A stretch of DNA of 64,000 nt from Lentimicrobiaceae bacterium (GTDB taxonomy: Bacteria; Bacteroidota; Bacteroidia; Bacteroidales; UBA4417): assembly GCA_033809755.1 (NCBI GenBank), contig JAPXLB010000002.1, positions 64,486-128,485 of the forward strand, written 5' to 3'. The translations under genes were made by a program, and so were the position numbers. Numbering within the stretch: the stretch's first letter is position 1; the number at the start of each line of letters is the position of its first letter. The notes beneath the pieces were generated by a model that searched no databases, was not told the origin of the DNA, and saw nothing but the letters and a program-made list of their open reading frames with translations. Positions 47,896 through 56,544 of this stretch are shown one piece after another.

Positions 47896-49680
47896 ATGAA
47901 ACGAATAATTTATTTACTGCTTATTTCCCTGACAGTTGCATCCTGTTCAGGTGTTAAGAAAAAAGGTGTTAACGTAGTTACGTTCGACTCTATAGTGATG
48001 CAAGAAAAAATTATGCTGAATCCCAATTTACCAGATACAATTCCTTATGCTACTCTGGATATCAACTTTGTATATCCTGCTAAATTCGGCTCTAAAGAGC
48101 AATTACAAAAACTACAATCAATATTTTACGAAAATGTATTAGGCGAATTTTGTACAAATGCTTCGTCTCCCAATAGTGCCATAGCCTCTTATATGAATGG
48201 TTACGTGGATATGTACCGCGAAATTAGTTCCGACTTTGATGAAATGCTCATCGAATATGGAAAGCATAATCTACCATATCACAGGTTTTCGTACTACAGA
48301 AGTATTTCAAATAATATAATTTACAAAAATGAATCTTTACTAAGTTTCTCAACACATTACACTGATTACCAAGGTGGAGCACACGGCATATATATACAAG
48401 AAAATATAACTGTAAATTTGAACACAATAGAAAAGATTCAAGAAACTGATATTTTTATTCCGAATTATAAAGAACCTCTAGCACAAGTTATAAGAAAAAA
48501 ACTCTTGGAAAATTTGAGAGAAATATATGATGGTGATGATGAATACTTAAAACAATATTTTTTTGAATTTAATAACATTTATCCCAACAATAATTTCCTT
48601 TTTGATGACAAAGGCTTAAATTATGTGTATAACGTCTACGAAATTGCACCATACGCATCCGGAATGTTCGAGGTATTTATTCCGTATTCCGAAATAACAC
48701 ATCTACTCAATATGGAAATTTTCGCGGAGCTTTTCCCTGATATGGAGTTAAAAGAAGTGACAGAAGAACCAAAAACTGCCGAAGAAATTCACAGTGTAAA
48801 TTATAACGAGTTCCCAATAGCTTACATTAAAAATGATAAACTTTACTTTTTCAATCCTGAAAACCATACCATTGTTGAGTTTGAGGAAGAAACCGAACAA
48901 GTTTTCAACTGCGTTTACTCCGACCAAGATGCGATGTTTTATTATACAGTTTCGCAAAACGAAAATCTAGTTATAAAGCAAGTAGATTTAAGCGTTATGC
49001 CGGCACAACCAAAGTTGCTTTTTAATCTAAACAAACCTACAAAAGAATTTTATTCTGAAACTTACGGCGAAAAAGCAAAGTTGAAATTTATTAAAGATAA
49101 CTTGCTTTTAGAGTGTGATTTCTCATGGGATTCTTATAACTTCATTAAGTTTTACAATTATTCTGTAAAGGATAATACAGTTGATAAAATTAATTGGAAA
49201 CAATTCCACAATAAATTTGGATGTCTCCCTTATTATTTACCAGACGAAACAACAGACTACAGTTCAATCTATAAAAAAGCTGATCAGCTAGATTTATCGG
49301 AATATATAGACGAATACAACAAGGATTTTGAAAAGGAATATTACTTTGAAGGAACATCAGCTGATGGTTCAAAAATCATTTTTGCTATAATGATTGGCAT
49401 GGGTGACCTTCCTCACGGTCCATATTGTGTTTTAAATGCCGATGGGGAAAAAATACAATTGTTAGACGGTACGGATATGGGTTCATCATTCAAACCACTT
49501 TGGTGTAATAATAATGTTGTATATATACGCTCATACAAATCAGAAACTGAAAAAAATCAGTGGGGTGATGCCAAAATAATAGAAGAACTTTGCTATACCC
49601 AAGCTACCGATAATTCTATTAAACGTATAGACCAAGATGTAGATTATTACGCGACTAGAACAAAACATCCAATAAAATAA
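47896..49680 (+). CDS. lipoprotein with DUF3298 (RsiV/PdaC-type) domain and unknown C-terminal half
   Basis: Lipobox TVASCSG. YTDYQGGAHGIY and VYNVYEIAPYASGMFEVFIPYSEI are hallmark DUF3298 motifs. Confidence 0.6.
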   Translation: MKRIIYLLLISLTVASCSGVKKKGVNVVTFDSIVMQEKIMLNPNLPDTIPYATLDINFVYPAKFGSKEQLQKLQSIFYENVLGEFCTNASSPNSAIASYMNGYVDMYREISSDFDEMLIEYGKHNLPYHRFSYYRSISNNIIYKNESLLSFSTHYTDYQGGAHGIYIQENITVNLNTIEKIQETDIFIPNYKEPLAQVIRKKLLENLREIYDGDDEYLKQYFFEFNNIYPNNNFLFDDKGLNYVYNVYEIAPYASGMFEVFIPYSEITHLLNMEIFAELFPDMELKEVTEEPKTAEEIHSVNYNEFPIAYIKNDKLYFFNPENHTIVEFEEETEQVFNCVYSDQDAMFYYTVSQNENLVIKQVDLSVMPAQPKLLFNLNKPTKEFYSETYGEKAKLKFIKDNLLLECDFSWDSYNFIKFYNYSVKDNTVDKINWKQFHNKFGCLPYYLPDETTDYSSIYKKADQLDLSEYIDEYNKDFEKEYYFEGTSADGSKIIFAIMIGMGDLPHGPYCVLNADGEKIQLLDGTDMGSSFKPLWCNNNVVYIRSYKSETEKNQWGDAKIIEELCYTQATDNSIKRIDQDVDYYATRTKHPIK

Positions 49681-49723
49681 TAGTAAAAAACATCATACTT
49701 CTAAAACACTTATATTATTATAA

Positions 49724-49756
49724 CTTAATGCCCCTTAATGCCTTAATGGTTCAAAT
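49724..49756 (+). repeat. palindromic repeat element, right-arm-only copy 4
   Basis: CTTAATGCCCCTTAATGCCTTAATGGTTCAAA. It shares the 16-mer CCTTAATGGTTCAAAA/T with copies 2 and 3. No left arm is visible. Confidence 0.65.
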
Positions 49757-49891
49757 GTAGCTATGCCGAATTAGAATCTACTAACTTTTGGTTCCTAGCT
49801 TCGTTTAGCCAAAGGCTAAATATTTCAAAAAAATGATTTGAAAAATAAAAATTATTTAATACTAATATTGGTTAAATACCAAAGATTTTAG

Positions 49892-49899
49892 TACATTTG
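49892..49899 (+). promoter_or_regulatory. -7 box (TACATTTG)
   Basis: Matches TAnnTTTG, 91 nt upstream of ATG 49990. Confidence 0.35.
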
Positions 49900-49989
49900 C
49901 AAAGAGTAAATTTATGGAAACCAAAACAACATACCCAAAATTACATTCAAACAATTAATACATACATTAACATTTAAAAACCCATTATT

Positions 49990-50520
49990 ATGAGACATTT
50001 ATTTTTATTTATCAGCGTTATCGCATTTACTTTTTTTACAACAGGTAACGTACAAGCACAAAGTGGAATTAAAGCCGAAACTAACAGCATTTCACAACAC
50101 GAACTATACGATGCCAACGGAAAACTATTAGGCAAAGTGAAATCCGATGGGGTTGTACAAGTGGCCTCAGGTAAACAAATCGGTAAAATTGAATCTAACG
50201 GCACCTTGCGAAATGAAAGAGGTGCTCAGGTCGGTAAAATTGAAACCGATGGAACAATAAAAGATGGTAAAGGAGGTAAACTTGGTCAAGTTAATGCAAA
50301 CGGTTATGTACGTGATGCAGCCGGAAAACAAATTGGAAATATAGATAGAGACGGAACCATCAAAAATGCACAAGGAGCTAAGATTGGAAAAGCAACAGGA
50401 AATAATAAAAATATTATCGGAGCTTGCTATTTCTTCTTTTTCTTTAAAGATAACGTAACTGTAGATAAAGTTGAGAAGAGTACACCGCGTATACAATCCG
50501 CACCTAGTGGCAGAAAATAA
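49990..50520 (+). CDS. secreted protein with ~5.5 tandem 17-aa Gly/Lys repeats
   Basis: Signal peptide (FFTTGNVQAQ), then repeats GKQIGKIESNGTLRNER / GAQVGKIETDGTIKDGK / GGKLGQVNANGYVRDAA / GKQIGNIDRDGTIKNAQ ... Confidence 0.55.
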   Translation: MRHLFLFISVIAFTFFTTGNVQAQSGIKAETNSISQHELYDANGKLLGKVKSDGVVQVASGKQIGKIESNGTLRNERGAQVGKIETDGTIKDGKGGKLGQVNANGYVRDAAGKQIGNIDRDGTIKNAQGAKIGKATGNNKNIIGACYFFFFFKDNVTVDKVEKSTPRIQSAPSGRK

Positions 50521-50532
50521 TATCATAAAACT

Positions 50533-51573
50533 ATGAAAATAAAATTACTTTTACTTGCAACCGCAATTTTCTTGTTTGGTTGCAAAAACAAATCTGTTAA
50601 AACCGAAACTCAGGATATTGATTACGGTTCGTATTTTAACGAACGCTACGATTACAAAGTAGATTGCCCTCTCTTTCTTATTCCACAAGGTGAGTCAGAA
50701 AGTGAAGACGGACAAGCATTTGTTTCCGAAGACGGCAAAAGCAGAATGCTCGTTTATCGCACATTTAAAGCTCTTACAGGCTGCAATCCAACTATAGAGG
50801 CTGCTTTCGATGAAGATATGCAAACATCAAGAAATGTAATAGAAAAACAACAGTTCAGCAATTATTATTTCATAAAAGGAGAATTAGACGAAAACACTCT
50901 TTATAAGACATATACTATTTTGGAAAACGACGAATACTTTGTAATCTATTTCGAATATCCAAAAGATGATGAAGACTTATTTGAGAGCATAAGCCAATAC
51001 GTGTACGAATCGTTTAAGGTTGGTGCCGGTGTCGGCTATATCGAACACAACGAATTTGTGATGTTTTTAGAAGAGTTCTTGAACGATTGTTTTTGGGACG
51101 TAAATTTCAACTCCTTACTCAAAAACAACGACCATCGATTGGCTAAATACATAGACCCGCAAATGGATATTCGTCGATATTACAATCCGGGCTCAGTAGC
51201 TTATCTTTACTCACGTGACGATAATTTCGGCTTCGAAGATTTCAACGACTTCGACACTAAAGCTAATTCGGGTGGCAAGTTTTCAATAAAAGAATTATCC
51301 TACGAAGCCATGCCCTGCGAATTAGACTTTAATCAGCAGAAAGGCTCTATAGAAATATATTTCTGGTCGGTAGGTAGTTTCCCTTATATAGTAGTTGATA
51401 CAGAAACCTTTGAAATGCAAGAAGTTACACTACCTTACCCCGATGCTGAAAAAATAGCAGTTTATCTGCCCGATTATTACAAAGATAACGTAAACGTACG
51501 CGCGTTTTACTTTGTAAATACACCTTCAGGTTGGAAGATAGCTTTTGTAGATGATTCCTTATGCTCGGCATAA
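50533..51573 (+). CDS. hypothetical lipoprotein
   Basis: Lipobox FLFGCKN. 346 aa with no recognisable domain. Confidence 0.5.
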   Translation: MKIKLLLLATAIFLFGCKNKSVKTETQDIDYGSYFNERYDYKVDCPLFLIPQGESESEDGQAFVSEDGKSRMLVYRTFKALTGCNPTIEAAFDEDMQTSRNVIEKQQFSNYYFIKGELDENTLYKTYTILENDEYFVIYFEYPKDDEDLFESISQYVYESFKVGAGVGYIEHNEFVMFLEEFLNDCFWDVNFNSLLKNNDHRLAKYIDPQMDIRRYYNPGSVAYLYSRDDNFGFEDFNDFDTKANSGGKFSIKELSYEAMPCELDFNQQKGSIEIYFWSVGSFPYIVVDTETFEMQEVTLPYPDAEKIAVYLPDYYKDNVNVRAFYFVNTPSGWKIAFVDDSLCSA

Positions 51574-51648
51574 TTTTCTTTAAAACAAGGCGAGTAGGGG
51601 AGTTGCAATAATAATTTATAACAATAAATAAACTTTATAAATAAAACT

Positions 51649-52032
51649 ATGGACACAACAATTAATATTACATGTCCGCAATCGGGTTGCCAAATTTCTA
51701 TCCATATTTCTATACCGGAAAGTGTTGGAAATACAAGACCATCCATTGAAGTGCTTGATAATCAAAGACCTGTTGACTCTGGTGTAAGACCTACTGAAAC
51801 AGAAAGTCCGGTAGATTCCGAAACAAGACCCACCCAAACAGTGAGACCTTCGGATCCTGTGGTAAGACCAACCCAAACAGTGAGACCTTCGGACCCTGTG
51901 GTAAGACCAACATCTGGAGGTAGGGTAGATGCTCCTGCCGGTAAAAACTCGTACGATACATCTGATAATAATGATGAATCTGATGATAGTAATAAAGCAC
52001 TATTCAGAAATGTGAGAAGACCAAGAAATTAA
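51649..52032 (+). CDS. small proline/threonine-rich repeat protein
   Basis: A 127-aa ORF containing in-frame 13-aa repeats (RPTQTVRPSDPVV x2 plus degenerate copies). No signal peptide is obvious. Confidence 0.4.
   Translation: MDTTINITCPQSGCQISIHISIPESVGNTRPSIEVLDNQRPVDSGVRPTETESPVDSETRPTQTVRPSDPVVRPTQTVRPSDPVVRPTSGGRVDAPAGKNSYDTSDNNDESDDSNKALFRNVRRPRN
51826..51910 (+). repeat. 39-bp tandem repeat (2 near-identical units plus partial), in-frame coding
   Basis: AGACC(C/A)ACCCAAACAGTGAGACCTTCGGA(T/C)CCTGTGGTA repeated with a 39-nt period. AGACC recurs at 51826, 51865 and 51904. Confidence 0.8.
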
Positions 52033-52275
52033 TTTGGGTAATATTTTTGAGTTATTTGTTATTATTCGGCGGTTTTGAGTTTTGAAAAATACACAAGCCC
52101 GACATTTATTAATCAATAAATATTTGGGCATTTCTTGTTGCATTTAAATTTATGTCATTAAAACACCTGTTTTTTCTGTTGAATAAAAGACTAATCAATA
52201 GAGACCGAAGTCTTAAATTCCTTAAAAAACTAAAATAATTGACTTAATTTAACCCTTTATGTTAAATATTATTAT

Positions 52276-52283
52276 TACTTTTG
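52276..52283 (+). promoter_or_regulatory. -7 box (TACTTTTG) upstream of serC
   Basis: Matches TAnnTTTG, 78 nt upstream of ATG 52361. Confidence 0.4.
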
Positions 52284-52360
52284 TTCCATATTTTCAGAGA
52301 ACTGAAGAATATAACAAGTAAAAATAAATTAAACTATAACTATATTAAACACAATAATTT

Positions 52361-53428
52361 ATGAAACACAATTTTAATGCAGGTCCGTCAATTCTACCAA
52401 GAATTGCAATCGAAAACACAGCAAAAGCTGTTTTAGATTTAGAAGGAATTGGTCTTTCTTTATTGGAAATTTCTCATCGTAGCAAAGATTTTCAAGCAGT
52501 AATTGATGAGGCAGAAGCTCTTTTTAAAGAGTTGCTCAATATTCCCGAAAATTATCATGTATTATTTTTAGGTGGTGGCGCAAGCCTTCAATTTGCTATG
52601 GTTCCATATAACTTGCTAAATAAAAAAGCTGCTTACTTAGAAACAGGTGTATGGTCGAAAAAAGCTATAAAAGAAGCAAAACTATTTGGCGAAGTTGAAG
52701 TTGTAGCAAGTTCTTCCGATAAGAATTTTACTTACATCCCAAAAGGCTGGAAAATACCAACAGACGCCGATTACTTCCATATTACATCAAATAACACAAT
52801 TTACGGAACCGAAATATTAGAAGATTTCGATAGCCCAATTCCATTGGTAGCCGATATGTCAAGCGACATTTTCAGTCGTCCTATTGATATTTCTAAATAC
52901 GCCATTATTTACGGTGGAGCTCAAAAAAATACAGGTCCTGCCGGCGTTACATTTGTTATAATTAGAGATGATATTTTAGGAAAAGTTGACAGAGCTATCC
53001 CAACGATGCTCAACTATCAAACACATATAGATAGTGGCTCAATGTTTAACACACCTCCTTGTGTTAGCATTTTTGGTGTTAAAGAAACTCTAAAATGGGT
53101 TAAACAAATGGGCGGTGTTAAAGAAATTCAAAAAATGAATGTAGAAAAAGCAAAACTTCTTTACGACGCTATCGATAACAGCAAAATGTTTGTCGGAACA
53201 GCCGAAAAAGATTCACGCTCACTAATGAACATTTGCTTTGTGATGAGAGAAGAATACAAAGATAAAGAAGCTAATTTCCTAGAGTTTGCTGGTAGCAAAG
53301 GAATGGTTGGCGTTAAAGGACACCGTTCGGTTGGTGGCTTCAGAGCATCAACTTACAATGCACTTCCAATAGAAAGCGTAAAAGCTCTTGTTGAGTGCAT
53401 GAAAGAATTTGAACAAAAGAATTTATAA
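52361..53428 (+). CDS. serC: phosphoserine aminotransferase
   Basis: [13 protein letters not shown]...ISHRSKDF...[15 protein letters not shown]... is full-length colinear with SerC. Confidence 0.9.
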   Translation: MKHNFNAGPSILPRIAIENTAKAVLDLEGIGLSLLEISHRSKDFQAVIDEAEALFKELLNIPENYHVLFLGGGASLQFAMVPYNLLNKKAAYLETGVWSKKAIKEAKLFGEVEVVASSSDKNFTYIPKGWKIPTDADYFHITSNNTIYGTEILEDFDSPIPLVADMSSDIFSRPIDISKYAIIYGGAQKNTGPAGVTFVIIRDDILGKVDRAIPTMLNYQTHIDSGSMFNTPPCVSIFGVKETLKWVKQMGGVKEIQKMNVEKAKLLYDAIDNSKMFVGTAEKDSRSLMNICFVMREEYKDKEANFLEFAGSKGMVGVKGHRSVGGFRASTYNALPIESVKALVECMKEFEQKNL

Positions 53429-53449
53429 ACATTTTAATTTGAATAAGAT

Positions 53450-54370
53450 ATGAAAAAAATACTTTTAGCTACAACAAAGCCCTTCGCTAAAGTTGCAGTT
53501 GATGGAATTAAAAAAATTATTGCAGACGCAGGTTACGAACTTGTTCTTTTAGAAAACTATACCGAACAAGAAGACCTTATTAAAGCAATAAGCGATGTAG
53601 ATGCTGTAATAATTCGTAGCGATATTGTTGACAAGCAAGTGCTTGAAGCAGCAAAAAATTTGAAACTAGTTGTTAGAGCCGGTGCAGGTACCGATAACGT
53701 TGATAAAAAATTTGCTAAAGAAAAAGACATCATTGTTATGAACACTCCGGGACAAAACTCAAATGCAGTAGGAGAGTTGGTTGCTGGTATGATGGTATAT
53801 GTGTCAAGAAACTGCTTTAACGGCACATCAGGTTCCGAACTTAGAGGCAAAAAATTAGGCTTACATGCATTCGGTTACACAGGTAGAGCTGTAAACACCA
53901 TTGCCAAAGGATTTGGAATGGAAGTTTATGCCTTCGATCCGTTTGTTAAACCCGAAGCTATGAAAGCCGAAGGAGTTACTCCTGTTAACAACATAGAAGA
54001 GTTGTATTCAACTTGCCAATTTGTTTCGTTGCATACTCCGGCAACACCCGAAACAATAAACTCAATTAACTACAACTTGCTGTCGAAAATGCCTAAGAAT
54101 GCTGTACTAATTAACTCTGCAAGAAAAGAAGTAATTAATGAAGCTGATTTGATTAAAATCTTTACAGACAGACCAGACTTTAAATATGCATCTGACGTAG
54201 CTCCTGACAACAGCGCCGAAATTGCTGAAAAATTCCCAGGAAGATACTTCTTTACTCCTAAAAAAATGGGAGCACAAACTTCAGAAGCTAATATCAATGC
54301 AGGATTAGCTGCAGCTAATCAAATTGTTAATTATTTTAAAAACGGCGACGACAAATACAGAGTAAATTAA
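53450..54370 (+). CDS. serA: D-3-phosphoglycerate dehydrogenase (short, ACT-less D-2-hydroxyacid dehydrogenase type)
   Basis: D-isomer 2-hydroxyacid dehydrogenase fold with an NAD-binding site LGLHAFGYTGRAV. It lies directly downstream of serC. Confidence 0.7.
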   Translation: MKKILLATTKPFAKVAVDGIKKIIADAGYELVLLENYTEQEDLIKAISDVDAVIIRSDIVDKQVLEAAKNLKLVVRAGAGTDNVDKKFAKEKDIIVMNTPGQNSNAVGELVAGMMVYVSRNCFNGTSGSELRGKKLGLHAFGYTGRAVNTIAKGFGMEVYAFDPFVKPEAMKAEGVTPVNNIEELYSTCQFVSLHTPATPETINSINYNLLSKMPKNAVLINSARKEVINEADLIKIFTDRPDFKYASDVAPDNSAEIAEKFPGRYFFTPKKMGAQTSEANINAGLAAANQIVNYFKNGDDKYRVN

Positions 54371-54403
54371 TTAACGGTTGACTTTTAAAAGTTTATTAAA
54401 CAT

Positions 54404-54440
54404 GGGGCTACGACTACGTTTCGAAGCCCTTTGTTTTTTA
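54404..54440 (+). terminator. weak stem-loop plus T-run after serA
   Basis: GGGGCT...AGCCC followed by TTTGTTTTTT. Confidence 0.4.
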
Positions 54441-54512
54441 TTTGAAACGAGGTAAGTCGGGGAGTAATAACAAAAAAAGCAAACAATTATTTGGTAGTTA
54501 TCAAAAAATTAC

Positions 54513-54520
54513 TATTTTTG
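54513..54520 (+). promoter_or_regulatory. -7 box (TATTTTTG) for tRNA-Glu
   Basis: Matches TAnnTTTG, 19 nt upstream of the tRNA. Confidence 0.45.
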
Positions 54521-54538
54521 CAATCTCAAATTTGAAAC

Positions 54539-54610
54539 GGTCCGTTCGTCTAGGGGTTAGGACGTCAGGTTTTCATCCTGGTAACAGGGGTTCGATTCCC
54601 CTACGGACTG
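54539..54610 (+). tRNA. tRNA-Glu (anticodon UUC)
   Basis: Acceptor GGTCCGT/ACGGACT, anticodon loop TTTTCAT and T-loop GTTCGATTC. Folded by eye. Confidence 0.9.
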
Positions 54611-54663
54611 CAAGGTTTTGGCTAACAAAACCCTTTTTTATTAAATAAATTATAGTATAATAT

Positions 54664-54918
54664 ATGGCAAATCATATTTCAGCTAAAAAAAGAATACGTT
54701 CGAACAATAAAAAACGCTTGAGAAACAGATACTATGCTCGAACAATGAGAAATTCTTTACGCAATTTCAGAAATATTGAAAATAAATCAGAAGCTACTGA
54801 AAAACTTCCTGAGATGACATCTATGATTGATAAATTAGTTAAACGTGGTATAATCCATAAAAATAAAGCTGCTAATTTAAAATCGAAAATTGCACGTCAG
54901 GTTAATACAATGGCTTAA
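54664..54918 (+). CDS. rpsT: 30S ribosomal protein S20
   Basis: MANHISAKKRIRSNNKKRLRNR... is 84 aa, basic and typical of S20. Confidence 0.9.
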   Translation: MANHISAKKRIRSNNKKRLRNRYYARTMRNSLRNFRNIENKSEATEKLPEMTSMIDKLVKRGIIHKNKAANLKSKIARQVNTMA

Positions 54919-55069
54919 ATAAAGTAGTTTTAGATTTTTGTTTAAAATTTATTTACTTTTATTTTTTTAATTTATTTCTATTAACTCGTAATGAGTGTGT
55001 AGAATGTGAATTATTTACAGATTGGTAAAAATAAAAAATAGCAAGTAAATTTTTTAATGTTAACTTTGA

Positions 55070-55102
55070 AAGAACTTGAAATTTATTTTCAAGTTCTTTT
55101 TT
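55070..55102 (+). terminator. canonical rho-independent terminator
   Basis: AAGAACTTGAAA-TTTAT-TTTCAAGTTCTT, a perfect 12-bp stem followed by TTTT. It lies 152 nt downstream of the rpsT stop. Confidence 0.7.
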
Positions 55103-55235
55103 ATTTGTGCTATATTAACTACAATATTCTTTATTACTATATTAAAAATATCTATTGCTAAATTACATACGATTTTCCCATAATTAATATTATGTTAAAT
55201 AGGAATTGTTAAATAAGATCTTAATATAAAATAAA

Positions 55236-55263
55236 ACTGCCCTATCAGAAATGATAAGGCAGT
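55236..55263 (-). terminator. stem-loop terminator of the TPR gene
   Basis: ACTGCCCTATCA-GAAA-TGATAAGGCAGT, a 12-bp stem with one mismatch. A T-rich tract follows on the minus strand. Confidence 0.55.
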
Positions 55264-55296
55264 TAAAGAATTATCTTATAAATTAATAACTAGAAA

Positions 55297-56475
55297 CTAC
55301 TGAACGTTTAACTCTTTTAATTTTTCAAGTAAGCCTAAACGTGTATAAATTTCTCTCAAAGATGCAATTGTTGCCGGATCATCAGGTTGTAAACTATAGC
55401 ATTTTTCCATATATGGTAGCGCTTTTTTCAAAAATACGTTACCTTCTGCTATAAGCTCATTATATTTTTCCACTTCATTTATAGGCAATTGATTTGCTTC
55501 GTTTACTATATCACCACCTTTATTGTAGTACAATACACCTGTATTAAATATAGCGTCGAAAAATGTGCTATCGAGTTCTAAAGCTTTTTCATATGCCTTT
55601 ATAGCTTTATTAAAATAATTATCATTTTCTTCGGCAGTATTTTTTTCGGTGTCAATCATTCTGTCGTATGAAGAACCTAGAGCGTGATACAACTGTAAAT
55701 TTGAATCGTCATTTTCAATTGCCATTTCCAATTTTTCTATAGCCATTGGAAAATCATCTGTTTGAAGATAATAGTTAGCTTCAGTAATCAGTACATTTGC
55801 ATCATTAGGGAATTTTTCTTTAGCTACATTGATAATTTCAAGAGCCTTATCAAATTGCTTGTCGAACAAGTACAATGAGCTAAGCTCCGAATATATTTCT
55901 TGTCTGCTGTAACCCAAATCTACAATATGACGATAACTTTCGATAGCAGATTTAATAGCACTCGGATCGTTTGCTGCCTCTCCTCTGTACGACATACCAA
56001 GTGCGTAATACGACATGGTATCAACAATATTGCTCTGATTGTTAAGTTCTATAGCTTTTTGGAAGTTAGGAATAGCACTTTTAAAGTCGTTGACTTTAAA
56101 GAATTCAAGTCCCTGATTAAAAAACTCGCCCGCTATACCGCTAATTTGTCTATTAGCATCTTTTGTGTAATTTCCTTTTTTGTCAACTTCTTTAGATTTA
56201 ACAAAAGCATCGTAAGCTTTATGAAGGGCTTGTGGGTCAATTTCGTTGGCTTTACCGCTCGAATAAATATCTAAGTAAATGCCGCCTCTATAGTACCATA
56301 CTTTCGCATCGCTGGCAGCTTCGGGATATTCAACAGCTTTATCGATATACTCTTTGGCTTTTTCGTATTGTCTTTTCATCCAATAGTTGTAAGCTGTTGT
56401 TCTATCTCTTTTCATCTGAGCAAAAGATGTACTAACCGTTGTTAGTAGGATAATAAGAACTAATAATTTTTTCAT
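55297..56475 (-). CDS. tetratricopeptide-repeat secreted protein
   Basis: Signal peptide (TTVSTSFAQ). Multiple 34-aa TPR-like units (A...Y...A.....P). Confidence 0.65.
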   Translation of the reverse strand: MKKLLVLIILLTTVSTSFAQMKRDRTTAYNYWMKRQYEKAKEYIDKAVEYPEAASDAKVWYYRGGIYLDIYSSGKANEIDPQALHKAYDAFVKSKEVDKKGNYTKDANRQISGIAGEFFNQGLEFFKVNDFKSAIPNFQKAIELNNQSNIVDTMSYYALGMSYRGEAANDPSAIKSAIESYRHIVDLGYSRQEIYSELSSLYLFDKQFDKALEIINVAKEKFPNDANVLITEANYYLQTDDFPMAIEKLEMAIENDDSNLQLYHALGSSYDRMIDTEKNTAEENDNYFNKAIKAYEKALELDSTFFDAIFNTGVLYYNKGGDIVNEANQLPINEVEKYNELIAEGNVFLKKALPYMEKCYSLQPDDPATIASLREIYTRLGLLEKLKELNVQ

Positions 56476-56544
56476 GATTTAAAATTTTTGTGTTTAATGT
56501 TATTTGTTATAATTTATAATGTTTAATATTTTAATGAACATCGT

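Noticed and set aside
49794-49820. Similarity between TAGCTTCGTTTAGCCAAAGGCTAAA (49796-49820) and TAGCTTTTAGCCATTGGCTA (62841-62859) as a second repeat family
   Set aside because: Only about 17 matching bases with an indel and just two copies. This cannot be told from chance without a genome-wide count. They are recorded only as short hairpins.
36024-51573. Prophage, ICE, conjugative transposon or polysaccharide-utilisation locus explanation for the island
   Set aside because: No integrase, transposase, tra/mob, capsid/terminase, SusC/SusD-like or glycoside-hydrolase genes could be recognised in or next to the island.
51826-51910. Possible CRISPR-like repeat array
   Set aside because: The units are directly adjacent with no spacers, have a 39-bp period, and lie in frame within an ORF encoding a 13-aa peptide repeat. 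No cas genes are present. No CRISPR array was seen anywhere in the window.
54442-54648. 68-aa ORF in the ORF track
   Set aside because: It overlaps the tRNA-Glu gene (54539-54610) and its promoter. The translation is simply a read-through of structured RNA sequence, so it is not a credible CDS.
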